DNA from: Candidatus Latescibacterota bacterium
GTDB taxonomy: Bacteria > Latescibacterota > UBA2968
NCBI GenBank assembly: GCA_965204745.1
Contig: OZ242010.1
Span: forward strand, 1,696,001-1,760,000
Reading direction: 5' to 3'
DNA length: 64,000 nt
Shown here: one piece after another, positions 49,018 through 61,718 of the stretch
Layout of the letters: each line of letters opens with the position of its first letter
Position numbering within the stretch: the first letter of the stretch is position 1
Program-made: the position numbers and the translations under genes
The notes under the pieces: model-generated
What the model saw: only the letters and a program-made list of their open reading frames with translations
The model's database searches: none
What the model was told of the DNA's origin: nothing

Positions 49018-51240
49018 ATGAGCGCGAGTTGGAAAGAAGTATTGCGCGATCTGATCCCGGAAGACTTGGGGGCTGAAATCGACACGTTTGAAGCGCAGAT
49101 CGAGCAGAAGAAGCAGGGAAAAATTGATGACCGGGTCTTTGCCGAAACCCGGCTTCGGCGCGGCGTGTACGGCCAGCGTTACGACAATGGGCAACGCTTT
49201 GACGGTCAGATAACCAAAATGTTGCGCTATCCCAGCGGCGACCTCCTCAAAGGGCCGGACACGGTTTGGGACGCGCCGGGAATGCAGCGCATCAAAATTC
49301 CGTTCGGCGGGTTGACAGCCGATCAAATGGATGCGTTGGCCGATGTGGCCGAGGAGTATTCCGATGGCATTTTGCACATCACCACGCGGCAAGACATTCA
49401 ACTCCACTACGTACACATCGAAGACACCCCCGACCTCATGCGCCGCCTCGCTGCTGTGGGTATCACCACCCGCGAAGCCTGTGGCAACAGCATCCGCAAT
49501 GTCACGGCTTGTCCGCTTTCGGGCGTGTGCCAAACCGAGACATTTGACGTGACCCCGTATTCCCATGCCCTCGCCCAATTCTTGCTCGGGCATCCGGATT
49601 GTCAGGACTTTGGTCGCAAATTCAAAATCGCCTTTTCGGGATGCGCGCACGAAGCCTGTGGCCTGACCAGCATGCACGACATGGGCATGATCGCACGCAT
49701 CGAAGATGGCGAGCGCGGGTTTGAGACCTATGTCGGCGGTGGTTTGGGCGCCGTGCCCCATCAGGCCAAGCTCTACTCGGAATTTCTGCCTCCCGAAGAA
49801 CTCTTGCCCACGGCGCAGGCCATTTGCCGGGTTTTTGCGCGCTTGGGCGAAAAACAAAACCGGGCGCGGGCGCGCATCAAATTCCTCGTCGCCAAACTCG
49901 GCATTGAAGAGTTTATTCGGCTGGTCAAAGAAGAACGCAAAATCCTGCCCAAAGACCCGGCGTGGACCGCCTATCTCGACGACTTGGACGCCTATCGCGA
50001 AGAACCCCTCAAAATTGCCGCGCCCCTCAACGGCGTTGCGCGTCCCGAAGGATTCGATGCGTGGGCAGAAACCAACATCTACAAACAACGCCAACCGGGG
50101 TATGTCGCGGCAACGATATGCCTGCCCTTGGGCGATCTCACGTCCGAGCAGACGCGAAACCTGGCCGATGTCGCGCGCAAATACGTCAAAGACACCATTC
50201 GCACGACCGTTGAGCAAAACATCATCTTGCGCTGGGTCAGCGAATCCGATGTCATTTCCCTGTACCGCGACCTGCAAGCACTCGGCTTGGCCGAAGCGGG
50301 GGCGGGCACGATTGTCGACGTCACGGCTTGCCCGGGCACAGACACCTGCAAACTGGGCATTTCCTCGTCTCGCGGGCTGGCTGCGGAATTGCGAACGCAA
50401 CTGGCGGAAAAAAATCTCCAACTCGCCGACGCCATCAAAAACTTCCGCATCAAAATCAGCGGTTGTTTCAATTCATGTGGGCAACACCACGTCGCGGATT
50501 TGGGTTTTTACGGCAACAGCCGCAAGATCAACGGCTATACCGTGCCGCATTTCCAAGTGGTGCTCGGCGGGCAATGGACGGAAAACGCGGCGTCTTACGG
50601 CTTGGCTATGGGCGCAGTGCCGTCCAAAAATATCCCGGCCGTGATCGAGCGCATCACCGGGCATTACATTGCAAACCGCGAACCGGATGAGAGTTTCCAA
50701 GCCTATATTCAGCGCATCGGGAAGAAAGAGGTCAAGGACCTGCTTCAGGGTCTCACGCAAGTGCCCGCGCACGAGATCGATTCCTCGTTCTACACGGATT
50801 GGGGCGATATCCGCGAATTTACCCTCGGCGATATGGGCAAAGGCGAATGCGCGGGCGAGGTGGTTTCGCTGGTGCAATTCGAGCTTTCCGGCTGTGAGAC
50901 CGAGGCGTTTGAAGCACAGATTCACTTGGACGAGGGCGACTATGAAGCCGCGTACAAGACCGCGGTTGGCGCGATGTTGCACGCGGCCAAGGCCCTGGTC
51001 AAAACCCAATTTCTCGACGTGCCCGAAGATGCCATTGTCGAAGAATTTCGCACGCGCTTTTGCGACACCGAGTTGTTCTACAACAAATTTGCCGGCGCGA
51101 AATTCGCCAATTATCTCTTTCGCGTTCACGCAGAAACCATCCCCGAATACACCCGCGACGCGGCCCATCAGGTCATTGAAGAAGCCCAACTCTTCATCGA
51201 AGAAGCCTACGCCTGCTACGGTCAGATGAATGTGGTGTGA
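49018..51240 (+). CDS. Siroheme/[4Fe-4S] nitrite/sulfite reductase with a C-terminal extension
   Basis: TTRQDIQ, CGNSIRN, GRKFK, CPG...C and SGC.N.CGQ ligands; substrate not assignable by eye. Confidence 0.9.
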   Translation: MSASWKEVLRDLIPEDLGAEIDTFEAQIEQKKQGKIDDRVFAETRLRRGVYGQRYDNGQRFDGQITKMLRYPSGDLLKGPDTVWDAPGMQRIKIPFGGLTADQMDALADVAEEYSDGILHITTRQDIQLHYVHIEDTPDLMRRLAAVGITTREACGNSIRNVTACPLSGVCQTETFDVTPYSHALAQFLLGHPDCQDFGRKFKIAFSGCAHEACGLTSMHDMGMIARIEDGERGFETYVGGGLGAVPHQAKLYSEFLPPEELLPTAQAICRVFARLGEKQNRARARIKFLVAKLGIEEFIRLVKEERKILPKDPAWTAYLDDLDAYREEPLKIAAPLNGVARPEGFDAWAETNIYKQRQPGYVAATICLPLGDLTSEQTRNLADVARKYVKDTIRTTVEQNIILRWVSESDVISLYRDLQALGLAEAGAGTIVDVTACPGTDTCKLGISSSRGLAAELRTQLAEKNLQLADAIKNFRIKISGCFNSCGQHHVADLGFYGNSRKINGYTVPHFQVVLGGQWTENAASYGLAMGAVPSKNIPAVIERITGHYIANREPDESFQAYIQRIGKKEVKDLLQGLTQVPAHEIDSSFYTDWGDIREFTLGDMGKGECAGEVVSLVQFELSGCETEAFEAQIHLDEGDYEAAYKTAVGAMLHAAKALVKTQFLDVPEDAIVEEFRTRFCDTELFYNKFAGAKFANYLFRVHAETIPEYTRDAAHQVIEEAQLFIEEAYACYGQMNVV

Positions 51241-51254
51241 GAGGGTAAAGGCAA

Positions 51255-51450
51255 GACGGGAGAGGTAAGACGGGAGAGGTAAGACGGGAGAGGTAAGACG
51301 GGAGAGGTAAGACGGGAGAGGTAAGACGGGAGAGGTAAGACGGGAGAGGTAAGACGGGAGAGGTAAGACGGGAGAGGTAAGACGGGAGAGGTAAGACGGG
51401 AGAGGTAAGACGGGAGAGGTAAGACGGGAGAGGTAAGACGGGAGAGGTAA
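51255..51450 (+). repeat. Perfect tandem repeat (GACGGGAGAGGTAA)x14
   Basis: 196 bp filling almost the whole intergenic gap; the last unit supplies GAGG before ATG 51456. Confidence 0.95.
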
Positions 51451-51455
51451 GACGT

Positions 51456-52025
51456 ATGCCGACTCATAAAATCAGCGTCAAATTGTATTTTGATCGGGGG
51501 CAGGAAATCGCGCCTGAGATTTGGTTCAAAATTTTCAACAACTGGATTTCCGCGCACGATGGGTCAGACGTGTTGCTCGACGTGGCCGATTACAGCCATG
51601 TGCCCAATGGCCCGGTCACCCTGCTCATCGGTCACGAATACGACATCAGCATTGACGACTCGGACGCAAAGCGCGGCCTGCTCTACAACCGCAAGCGACC
51701 CGGCGGCGATGGTTTTGCACAACAGTTGACCGCTGTGGTGCGCGCAACTTGTGAAACGTGCCGCCGCCTCGAGGCAGAAGAAGATGTGGTTTTTCGCGGC
51801 GATGAACTTCGGATCATCCTCAACGACCGCCTCGACGCGCCCAATACCGAAGCCACGCACGAGGCCATTCAAGGCGATCTCGACGCGCTGTCGCGCCAGC
51901 TTTACAACGGTGCGGAAGTGGCTGTTGCGCGGCGAACAGACGCCAAGCAGCGGTTCACGCTAGACCTACGCGCCGAGGGCGACTGGCCCATCGAAACACT
52001 CCTCAAAAACCTGGCCGAAAAGTAA
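51456..52025 (+). CDS. Hypothetical protein in the reductase operon
   Basis: 189-aa ORF with typical codon usage; DVADYSHVP.GP..LLIGHE and NDRL.APN look like conserved blocks. Confidence 0.75.
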   Translation: MPTHKISVKLYFDRGQEIAPEIWFKIFNNWISAHDGSDVLLDVADYSHVPNGPVTLLIGHEYDISIDDSDAKRGLLYNRKRPGGDGFAQQLTAVVRATCETCRRLEAEEDVVFRGDELRIILNDRLDAPNTEATHEAIQGDLDALSRQLYNGAEVAVARRTDAKQRFTLDLRAEGDWPIETLLKNLAEK

Positions 52026-52072
52026 AATTTCTTCTTTTGCACGCCTGCAAACATAAAGTCAACTTACAAACC

Positions 52073-52100
52073 TTGACAAACTCGACCAAATAAGTATATT
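52073..52100 (+). promoter_or_regulatory. sigma70-type promoter upstream of the ferredoxin
   Basis: TTGACA-16 bp-TATATT. Confidence 0.55.
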
Positions 52101-52149
52101 TGGCGAAACCAACGCCGGTTCGGAACAACTGCAAGGAAAGGGGAAAAAA

Positions 52150-52413
52150 ATGGCCTATATCATCGCCGAGCCATGCATCGACGTCATGGACAAGGCCTGC
52201 GTGGAAGTCTGCCCGGTGGATTGCATCTACGAACCCGATGCGACCAATTTGCCGGAAGACGAACGCCTCAACATGCTCTACATCCATCCCGAAGAATGCA
52301 TCGACTGCGGTGCCTGCGAGCCAGAATGCCCGGTCGAGGCGATTTTCGCAGAAGAAGACACGCCCGAAGAATGGACGGAGTACATCGAAATCAATGCAGT
52401 CGCTTTTGAGTAG
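52150..52413 (+). CDS. Dicluster (7Fe-type) ferredoxin
   Basis: C......[10 protein letters not shown] and [12 protein letters not shown]. Confidence 0.93.
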   Translation: MAYIIAEPCIDVMDKACVEVCPVDCIYEPDATNLPEDERLNMLYIHPEECIDCGACEPECPVEAIFAEEDTPEEWTEYIEINAVAFE

Positions 52414-52439
52414 CGTCTGAATTGCAACAACCGGTTTTC

Positions 52440-52471
52440 AAATGCCAGGGCCGGCCTCGGTTCTGGCATTT
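52440..52471 (+). terminator. Hairpin/terminator between the ferredoxin and gltB
   Basis: AAATGCCAGGGCCG-gcct-CGGTTCTGGCATTT. Confidence 0.5.
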
Positions 52472-52499
52472 TCGCGCCATGCGATTGAGGAAGAGAGTT

Positions 52500-55400
52500 A
52501 TGGCATACCCCCGCAAGCACGGTCTTTACAATCCCAAATACGAACGCGACGCCTGTGGCATTGGCTTTGTCGTAAATATCAAGGGCGAAAAATCCAACCA
52601 GATCATCCAAATGGCCCTCGAATCCCTGGTCTGCCTCGACCATCGCGGCGCGCGCGGCGCCGAAGCCAACACGGGCGACGGCGCGGGCGTGTTGATGCAA
52701 CTGCCGCATCGGTTCTTTGAACGCGCCTGCAAGGGCATCGACCTGCCAGCCCCTGGGCACTACGGCGTGGGCATGATTTTTATGACCGATCACGCGGATC
52801 GATCTCTCCGCCAAAAAACCCGGCAACTGATCGAGGACATCGTCACAGAAGAAGGGCAGGAGGTTCTAGGCTGGCGCGAGGTGCCCACGCACAACGCCTC
52901 TTTGGGGCTTACGGCGCTGTCTTGCGAACCGGTGGTTTGGCAAATTTTCGTCGGGCGCAGCGCGGCCCTGCCCGACCCGATGGCCTTTGAGCGCAAGTTG
53001 TACGCGATTCGCAAGCGCGCGACCAATGCCATTCGCTACAATGGGCACGACGAGAATTTCTACATCTCCAGTTTGTCGTCTCGCACCATAGTGTACAAGG
53101 GCATGCTCACGCCCAGGCAAGTGGCCGAATTTTATTCGGACCTGCGCGATCCCCTCATGGAAGCCGCGATTGTGCTCGTACATTCCCGGTTTTCCACCAA
53201 CACCTTTCCCTCCTGGGAGCGGTCACACCCCTATCGCTACCTCATTCACAACGGCGAAATCAACACGCTGCGCGGCAATCAAAATTGGATGAAAACCCGG
53301 CAAGCGATGCTGGCATCCGAGCTTTGGGGAGACGACTTAAAAAAGATATTCCCCATTTTGTACGAAGATGGATCGGATTCCGCGATTTTCGACAACTGCT
53401 TTGAATTTCTGTCCCTGTCCGGGCGGTCGATGGCACACGCCGCCGCGATGATGATTCCCGAACCATGGGAAAAGCACGAGAGCATGAGCCCCGAAAGGCG
53501 CGCTTTTTACGAGTACCATTCTTGTCTGATGGAGCCGTGGGATGGCCCGGCGTCGATTGGCTTTACCGATGGCGAAGTGGTGGGCGCGTGTCTCGACCGC
53601 AATGGGTTGCGCCCCTCGCGCTATTACATCACCAAAGACGACTTGCTCATCCTCAGTTCCGAAGCCGGGGTTTGCGAGTTGGCGCCCGAGCGCGTCGCGT
53701 ACAAGGGCCGGTTGCAACCCGGACGCATTCTCCTCGTGGATACGACACAGGGCCGCGTGATCTCCGATAGCGAAGTCAAAGATGAGATGGTTTTCGCGCA
53801 TCCCTACCAGCAGTGGCTCGACCAGCATCTCATTTCGCTTACAGACCTGCCCGCAGTCGCGCCCATCGCCCCGCCTACAAACCACGCCGAGGTGCTTACG
53901 CGGCAACAGGCGTTTGGGTACACGTTTGAAGACCTCAAAATTTTTGTCGGCCCCATGTCCAAAATCGGGCGCGACCCGGTCGGGTCGATGGGCAATGACG
54001 CGCCCTTGGCCGCGTTGTCCAACAAGGCCCATCTGCTCTACAACTACTTCAAACAACTCTTTGCCCAAGTAACCAATCCGCCGCTCGATCCTCTCAAAGA
54101 AGAGGTGATCACCTCGGCCGACGCCACCATTGGCCCAGAGCGCAATCTGCTCGTTCCCGAACCGGAAAGCTGCCGGCAAATCCACCTCGATACGCCCATC
54201 CTGACCGATGAAGAACTCGAGCGGTTGCGCCGCGTGGATCGCCCGGGCCTCAAAGCCACGACGATTCCCATGCTCTTTGACGCGGCTGATGGGGATCTCG
54301 AAAAGGCGATAGACGACTTGTATGCAAAAGCCGACAACGCCATTGACGCCGGTTATACCATCCTCATTCTTTCGGACCGCGGCGTGGATGAAAAGCACGC
54401 GCCCATTCCCGCGCTTTTGGCGATGAGCGGCCTCCACCACCATCTCATCCGAGAGGGCAAGCGCACCAAAGTGGGCATTGCCCTCGAAACGGGCGAACCC
54501 CGCGAAGTACATCACTTCTGCTTGCTCATCGGGTACGGCGCGCAGGCCATCAACCCCTATATGGCTTACGAGAGCTTGGCGGATATGATCAACGAACAGC
54601 AGTTGACCGATATTTCCTATCCCGATGCGGTCAAAGGGTATGTCAAATCCGCGACCAAAGGCGTGGTCAAGGTGATGGCAAAAATGGGCATTTCCACCAT
54701 CAAGTCCTATCGGGGGGCGCAAATTTTTGAAGCCGTGGGGATTTCAAAACGGGTGATCGACAAATACTTTACGTGGACGGACTCGCGCATAGATGGCATT
54801 GGTCTCGACATCATCGCACGAGAAGCCCTGATGCGGCATCGCGTCGCCTATCCCGCAATATCGGTCAATGGCAGTACCCTCGACGTGGGCGGTCATTTTC
54901 AGTGGCGGCAGGACGGGGAATACCACCTGTTTAATCCCCTCACGATTCACAAACTCCAGCACGCCACGCGCACCGATAATTACGACGTGTACAGAGAATA
55001 CGCGGCCCTGATCGATGAACAGGACAAAAATTTGGCGACGTTGCGCGGGTTGATGGATTTCAACTACGCCAGCGACCCCATTCCCCTTGATGAAGTCGAA
55101 CCCGTGGAGGAGATCACCAAACGCTTTAAGTCCGGGGCCATGTCCTACGGGTCCATATCCAAAGAAGCGCACGAGGCCCTCGCCATAGCGATGAACCGCC
55201 TAGGCGGCAAGAGCAATACCGGCGAGGGCGGCGAAGACCCTGCACGCTATGTCCTCGAACCCAATGGCGATTCCAAAAACAGCGCGATCAAGCAAGTGGC
55301 TTCCGGGCGGTTTGGCGTGACGAGCAATTATTTGGTCAATGCCCGCGAATTGCAGATCAAAATGGCGCAGGGCGCCAAGCCGGGCGAAGGCGGCGAGTTG

Positions 55401-57062
55401 CCCGGCAACAAGGTGTATCCGTGGATCGCCCGCGTTCGGCACGCGACCCCGGGCGTGGAACTCATCTCGCCGCCGCCGCATCACGATATTTATTCTATCG
55501 AGGATTTGGCACAACTCATTCACGACCTCAAAAATGCCAACCACCACGCTCGGATTAACGTCAAGTTGGTCGCTGAAATCAATGTGGGCATTGTCGCGGC
55601 GGGCGTGTCCAAGGGCCACGGCGATGTGGTGCTCATCTCTGGCCTTGACGGGGGCACGGGCGCGTCGCCGCAAACGAGCATCAAACACGCGGGCCTGCCG
55701 TGGGAACTCGGCGTTGCCGAAACCCACCAGACGCTCGTGCTCAACAATTTGAGATCGCGCATTGTGGTCGAAACCGACGGGCAACTCAAAACCGGGCGCG
55801 ACGTGGTGATCGCCGCGTTGCTCGGCGCCGAGGAATTTGGCTTTGCCACCACCGCGCTCGTGGCGATGGGGTGCATTATGATGCGCGTTTGCCACCTCGA
55901 TACGTGCCCGGTGGGCGTTGCCACGCAACATCCCGAACTCCGCAAGAAGTTTATGGGCGATCCCGACTATGTCGTCAATTTCCTGCGTTTCATCGCACGG
56001 GACATGCGCGAAATTATGGCGCGGCTCGGCATTCGCACGGTCGATGAACTCATCGGGCGCACGGACCTGCTCCACCAAGCAAAAACCGATCACTGGAAGG
56101 CCAAGAGCCTGGACCTGTCTCCCATTTTGGAAAAAGTGGATGCCAGCGACGACATCGGTCGCTATTGCCAGATCGAACAGGATCACGGCCTCGAACACGC
56201 GCTAGACAATCAGGTGTTGCTCGACGTTTGCAAACCCGCCCTCAAAGATGGCAGCAAGGTGCGCGCTACATTCGACATCAAAAATACCAACCGCGTGGTG
56301 GGCACGATTCTCGGCAGTGAAATCACGCGCCGGTTCGGCCCGGATGGCCTGCCCGAAGATACCATCGACATCGCGTTTGAGGGATCCGCCGGGCAATCCT
56401 TTGCGGCTTTTACGCCGCCCGGTATCACCTTTCGCCTCGAAGGCGACGCCAACGACTATTTTGGCAAGGGCCTGTGCGGCAGCAAGTTGATCGTCTATCC
56501 GCGCAGGGGATCGACCTTTGTGGCCGAAGACAATATCATCATCGGCAATGTCTCTTTTTACGGCGCGACCAACGGGCAAGCCTTTATCCGCGGTCAGGCC
56601 GGCGAACGCTTCTGCGTCCGCAACTCGGGTGTGCGCGCTGTTGTGGAAGGCATAGGCGACCACGGGTGCGAATACATGACGGGCGGGATGGCGGTTATTC
56701 TGGGCAAGACCGGGCGCAATTTTGCCGCAGGCATGTCCGGGGGCATTGCGTATGTGCTCGACGAAGAGGGCGATTTCCACACGCGCTGCAACCCCGAACT
56801 CGTGGATCTCGAATCCGTCGAAAGCGACGCAGACGTGGAAGACCTCAACCACATGATCGCCCAACACGCCGAATACACGCAAAGCCGCGTGGCACAACGC
56901 ATCCTCGCCCACTGGGAGGACGCATTGCCCAAATTCGTCAAAGTTTTCCCCAAGCCCTACAAGCGCATTCTCTCGGCTTATGAAATCGCACAACGAGCGG
57001 GCTTGGAAGGCGAAGACGCATGGCTGGAAGCCTTCCGCCGCGGCGTGGAAGTCGAGGCGTAA
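52500..57062 (+). CDS. gltB: Glutamate synthase large subunit
   Basis: DACGIG (N-terminal Cys), [32 protein letters not shown]...R.CH...CPVG, GXGXG domain. Confidence 0.97.
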   Translation: MAYPRKHGLYNPKYERDACGIGFVVNIKGEKSNQIIQMALESLVCLDHRGARGAEANTGDGAGVLMQLPHRFFERACKGIDLPAPGHYGVGMIFMTDHADRSLRQKTRQLIEDIVTEEGQEVLGWREVPTHNASLGLTALSCEPVVWQIFVGRSAALPDPMAFERKLYAIRKRATNAIRYNGHDENFYISSLSSRTIVYKGMLTPRQVAEFYSDLRDPLMEAAIVLVHSRFSTNTFPSWERSHPYRYLIHNGEINTLRGNQNWMKTRQAMLASELWGDDLKKIFPILYEDGSDSAIFDNCFEFLSLSGRSMAHAAAMMIPEPWEKHESMSPERRAFYEYHSCLMEPWDGPASIGFTDGEVVGACLDRNGLRPSRYYITKDDLLILSSEAGVCELAPERVAYKGRLQPGRILLVDTTQGRVISDSEVKDEMVFAHPYQQWLDQHLISLTDLPAVAPIAPPTNHAEVLTRQQAFGYTFEDLKIFVGPMSKIGRDPVGSMGNDAPLAALSNKAHLLYNYFKQLFAQVTNPPLDPLKEEVITSADATIGPERNLLVPEPESCRQIHLDTPILTDEELERLRRVDRPGLKATTIPMLFDAADGDLEKAIDDLYAKADNAIDAGYTILILSDRGVDEKHAPIPALLAMSGLHHHLIREGKRTKVGIALETGEPREVHHFCLLIGYGAQAINPYMAYESLADMINEQQLTDISYPDAVKGYVKSATKGVVKVMAKMGISTIKSYRGAQIFEAVGISKRVIDKYFTWTDSRIDGIGLDIIAREALMRHRVAYPAISVNGSTLDVGGHFQWRQDGEYHLFNPLTIHKLQHATRTDNYDVYREYAALIDEQDKNLATLRGLMDFNYASDPIPLDEVEPVEEITKRFKSGAMSYGSISKEAHEALAIAMNRLGGKSNTGEGGEDPARYVLEPNGDSKNSAIKQVASGRFGVTSNYLVNARELQIKMAQGAKPGEGGELPGNKVYPWIARVRHATPGVELISPPPHHDIYSIEDLAQLIHDLKNANHHARINVKLVAEINVGIVAAGVSKGHGDVVLISGLDGGTGASPQTSIKHAGLPWELGVAETHQTLVLNNLRSRIVVETDGQLKTGRDVVIAALLGAEEFGFATTALVAMGCIMMRVCHLDTCPVGVATQHPELRKKFMGDPDYVVNFLRFIARDMREIMARLGIRTVDELIGRTDLLHQAKTDHWKAKSLDLSPILEKVDASDDIGRYCQIEQDHGLEHALDNQVLLDVCKPALKDGSKVRATFDIKNTNRVVGTILGSEITRRFGPDGLPEDTIDIAFEGSAGQSFAAFTPPGITFRLEGDANDYFGKGLCGSKLIVYPRRGSTFVAEDNIIIGNVSFYGATNGQAFIRGQAGERFCVRNSGVRAVVEGIGDHGCEYMTGGMAVILGKTGRNFAAGMSGGIAYVLDEEGDFHTRCNPELVDLESVESDADVEDLNHMIAQHAEYTQSRVAQRILAHWEDALPKFVKVFPKPYKRILSAYEIAQRAGLEGEDAWLEAFRRGVEVEA

Positions 57063-57293
57063 GAGGTAAGAGGTAAGAGGTAAGAGGTAAGACGTAAGAG
57101 GTAAGAGGTAAGAGGTAAGACGTGATAGCCACAAAAGGCACAAAAGGCACAAAAGGCACAAAAGGCACAAAAGACATGTGCTGAGTGGAAGTTGAGGCGT
57201 GAAAGGAAAGAGGTAAGACGTGATAGCCACAAAAGGCACGAGCGGGGTACAACTGGCAACAGCCAGTTCAAAGGCACAAAAGACATGTGCTGA
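57045..57293 (+). repeat. Tandemly duplicated module: gltB 3' end + (TAAGAGG)n + (CACAAAAGG)n + ACATGTGCTGA
   Basis: Copy 1 (57045-57184) has 9 heptamers and 5 nonamers; copy 2 (57185-57293) has fewer units plus a 30-bp insert. Confidence 0.88.
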
Positions 57294-57394
57294 AGTGTGT
57301 TATTCAATCAGGCAAAGCGAGAGTCGTAGGGGCGATGCCCCCGTGCTCGCCTCTATATGGAACGCACATAAACTTGCCCAAACGAGGTATCCAC

Positions 57395-58303
57395 ATGGGA
57401 AAATACGATACGATAGCCAAACATTTGGTTGCGGCCTACCCCATCGACTTCGTCTGTCTCGCACTGGAACGGGAGGATGTCGAATTCCGCGCAATCATCG
57501 AAACCGAACTCCCCAAGGTTGAAACGCGCCTAACCGATAGCCTGATTCTCGTGCGGATTGGTGGCGAGGAGGCCTTGGTGCATACGGAATTTCAGACCAC
57601 GGATGGCAAGGATATCCCGATCCGCATGGCCAGTTACACCATCCGGCTCATTGAATACTATGGCCTGCCGGTCTTTCCCCATGTGATCTACTTGCAACCC
57701 GATGCGGGGCGACGCGATGAGGGGATCTACCTCCAGGAGCATCCCGATTACCCAGTGCTAGTGCGCTACAAGGTGATTCGGTTGAGTGAAATTGAGGAGC
57801 GAGGTATTCTTGAAGGCGGTCAGCCGGGCTTGCTTCCTTACGCGCCGTTGATGAAGCGTCCTTCGGGGATGGGTTCCGAAGCCTGGTTGCGCCAGTGCAT
57901 TCGCAGGACCAAGGCGTTAGATCGGACAGGCGACTTTGACTTTTTGGGCAGTTTGGCGGTCTTGAGTGGGCTGGCTTATGAACAGGCCACCATCAAGCGA
58001 ATTCTTTCTCAGGAGGGTCTTATGGACGCGATTATGCGTGAATCATCGTTTGCCCAATACCTCAAGGAACAGGGCATTGAGCAGGGCAGAGAAGAAGGGG
58101 GCCGAGAGCGCGCTGTTGAAGACATCCTCGATGTGCTGGAGATTCGCTTTGATCCGGGCATTGCGGGTCAGTTCGCCGGTCGCATTCGGGCCATTGACGA
58201 TTTGCAACGACTCAAGCAGTTGCATCGTTCGGCAGTGCAAGTGAACGATCCGGAGGCATTTCAGCATTTGTTGAATACGGGCCTTGACGCGAGTTCCCGA
58301 TGA
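57395..58303 (+). CDS. Rpn/YhgA-like PD-(D/E)xK nuclease (recombination-promoting nuclease/putative transposase)
   Basis: N-terminal YD...K.L, TDSLI...HTEFQT...RM..Y core, VIYL, C-terminal EQG.EQG.EEG tail; GAGG RBS before ATG 57395. Confidence 0.8.
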   Translation: MGKYDTIAKHLVAAYPIDFVCLALEREDVEFRAIIETELPKVETRLTDSLILVRIGGEEALVHTEFQTTDGKDIPIRMASYTIRLIEYYGLPVFPHVIYLQPDAGRRDEGIYLQEHPDYPVLVRYKVIRLSEIEERGILEGGQPGLLPYAPLMKRPSGMGSEAWLRQCIRRTKALDRTGDFDFLGSLAVLSGLAYEQATIKRILSQEGLMDAIMRESSFAQYLKEQGIEQGREEGGRERAVEDILDVLEIRFDPGIAGQFAGRIRAIDDLQRLKQLHRSAVQVNDPEAFQHLLNTGLDASSR

Positions 58304-58503
58304 ATGACGCGAGAGGATATGGCGTCGTGGCGGTTGCTGAGGAGATCACAAAATGTCTGAAAGCGCTATTTCGACTTGGCGTTTGCACCGCACATGGGGC
58401 AGGGTATGGTACCACCGCTCGGGATTTGCGGAACATCGATTGGGACGCCAGATTTGCCGATCAAAACATCTTCGATTCGCCTGACACTTGCGTAAGTCCT
58501 ATA

Positions 58504-58542
58504 CTGACCACTGACCACTGATTACTGACTACTGACCACTGA
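58504..58542 (+). repeat. Degenerate (CTGACCA) tract upstream of gltD
   Basis: CTGACCA CTGACCA CTGATTA CTGACTA CTGACCA CTGA. Confidence 0.85.
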
Positions 58543-58557
58543 TTTTAAGGAGCATGT

Positions 58558-60051
<1,494 letters not shown>

Positions 60052-60074
60052 CCTATCGCCATATCAAACCACTG

Positions 60075-60101
60075 GGGCGCAGTGCAAACTGCGCCTTTTT
60101 T
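60075..60101 (+). terminator. Intrinsic terminator after gltD
   Basis: GGCGCAGT-gcaa-ACTGCGCC-TTTTTT. Confidence 0.8.
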
Positions 60102-60238
60102 GTACTCTGACAAATCAACGATTCAGCGAATCGGAGTACAACTGGCCGGTGAACGGACTTGAAAGGCAACCCGTTGTACCCCATCCTCATGCCAGTTCAT
60201 CAACGAGATGCGTCGGGTTTTGGGTTGTTGGGCGGGGA

Positions 60239-60343
60239 CTGACCACTGACCACTGACCACTGACCACTGACCACTGACCACTGACCACTGACCACTGACC
60301 ACTGACCACTGACCACTGACCACTGACCACTGACCACTGACCA
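60239..60343 (+). repeat. Perfect tandem repeat (CTGACCA)x15 preceded by GGCGGGGA
   Basis: 105 bp of perfect 7-mers. Confidence 0.95.
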
Positions 60344-60369
60344 CTGCTGTGAATGTCAACGAGGTCGCT

Positions 60370-61446
60370 ATGTTCCGCTATTGCTTCATCTTGCTGTTAT
60401 TTACCCCATTTGAAGCCCAGGCATTTGACGATGCCTTGCCCGTGCGCGGGATTACGATTTCAACGCACGGCGGCGGGCGCGATTGGGCGGGCGATGAGAT
60501 GGTTTCCACATTGCGGGATATCAAAATTTTGGGGGCGAATTGGGTGGCGACACATCCCTACGCCGGGATTTCGCAGGATGGATCGGTCGGGTTGCGGCGA
60601 TCTGAAGGGGCGGGCGATTCAGCACCGGCGCACTGGACGCGCCCGATAGTGGAAGCCCATGCACAGGGCTTGAAAATTTGCATCAAGCCGCATCTGGCAT
60701 ACTGGCGGTCGGGATTTGAATGGCGCGGCGAGATCGCATTTCGCACAGCGGAAGAATGGGCGCGCTTTTGGGCGGATTATCGGGCGTGGATCTTATCCGT
60801 GGCCAAAGCCTGCAAAGATGCCGATGCGTTTGTCGTGGGCACGGAATTGGACAAGACCCTGCATTACGAGGCCGAGTGGCGCGCGTTGATTGCGGATGTG
60901 CGAAAGGTGTATGGAGGGCGAATTACGTACGCGGCGAATTGGTCGGATTACGAGCGCGTGCGATTTTGGGATGCGTTGGACGTGATCGGCATTCAGGGCT
61001 ACTTTCCGATTTCCGAAAAAGAACAACCCACCGAGGCGGACCTTCGCGCTGGGTGGGATCGGTTGGTGGAGGAATTGCGCGCTTACGGCGATGAGATGGG
61101 GCGCGACATCGTTTTTACCGAGTTGGGATACAACCAATCGTATCGCACGGCGTCAGAGCCGTGGGCGTATCGCGTGGATGACGATGGCGCACGTCCGTTG
61201 CAAGAGATGTGCTGGCGCATCGCGCTCGAAGCCATTGAAAGCGAACCGCGCCTTGCCGGCGCGTTGCTGTGGAAATGGTTTCCAAACCCGCGCCCCTTTG
61301 GCCGGGATTTCCAACTGGCAACGCCGCGCATTATGCCCATTATCGCCCGCGCCTGGCAAGGCGAAGTGCCTGCCATCACCTTTGACGAAGAGGCGTACCA
61401 ACGCTGGCGCGAAGCGCGAAGACGCAGGCGGTCGAATCGAGACTGA
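60370..61446 (+). CDS. Secreted TIM-barrel glycoside hydrolase, GH113-like
   Basis: Signal peptide AQA; KPH, WRG.I, VGTEL, TYAANW, FWD.LD.IG...YFP, FTELGY. Confidence 0.75.
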   Translation: MFRYCFILLLFTPFEAQAFDDALPVRGITISTHGGGRDWAGDEMVSTLRDIKILGANWVATHPYAGISQDGSVGLRRSEGAGDSAPAHWTRPIVEAHAQGLKICIKPHLAYWRSGFEWRGEIAFRTAEEWARFWADYRAWILSVAKACKDADAFVVGTELDKTLHYEAEWRALIADVRKVYGGRITYAANWSDYERVRFWDALDVIGIQGYFPISEKEQPTEADLRAGWDRLVEELRAYGDEMGRDIVFTELGYNQSYRTASEPWAYRVDDDGARPLQEMCWRIALEAIESEPRLAGALLWKWFPNPRPFGRDFQLATPRIMPIIARAWQGEVPAITFDEEAYQRWREARRRRRSNRD

Positions 61447-61463
61447 ACCAAGCAGATAACTTT

Positions 61464-61718
61464 ATTGATTTTATCATCGAAACGCGCAAACGCACGTCAG
61501 CCTCGCCTACAGGTGTCGTGTGTCTCGAGGTCAAAATCTCCGATAGATGGGATAGGCGTTGGGAACGGCAAATGCGCGATATGAGCCAATCCCCAAAAAT
61601 TCAGGTGGATCGCATGATCGGAATCTACACAGGCGAGCAATCCTATCATTTCGATAGCGTAGATGTGCTGCCCGTCACCGCGTTTTTGCAACACCTGCAC
61701 CAAGGCCAGATCTTTTGA
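61464..61718 (+). pseudogene. C-terminal remnant of an ATPase/DUF4143-type PD-(D/E)xK protein
   Basis: IDFIIE...CLEVK...IYTG...VLPV..FL..L..G; no N-terminal part. Confidence 0.55.

Noticed and set aside
51255-51450. Tandem arrays (also 57060-57174 and 60239-60343) as CRISPR
   Set aside because: Units are 7-14 bp and contiguous, with no unique spacers and no cas genes.
51222-51557. Periodic minus-strand ORFs (LPLPSYLSRLTSPV; also VSGQWSV at 60123-60359 and LLPLTSY at 56202-57307)
   Set aside because: They are by-products of the stop-free strand of the repeats; no independent coding evidence.
58300-58500. Short ORF or possible Uma2-like nuclease remnant after Rpn
   Set aside because: Similarity (DLAF...GTPDL) is too weak to support a call.
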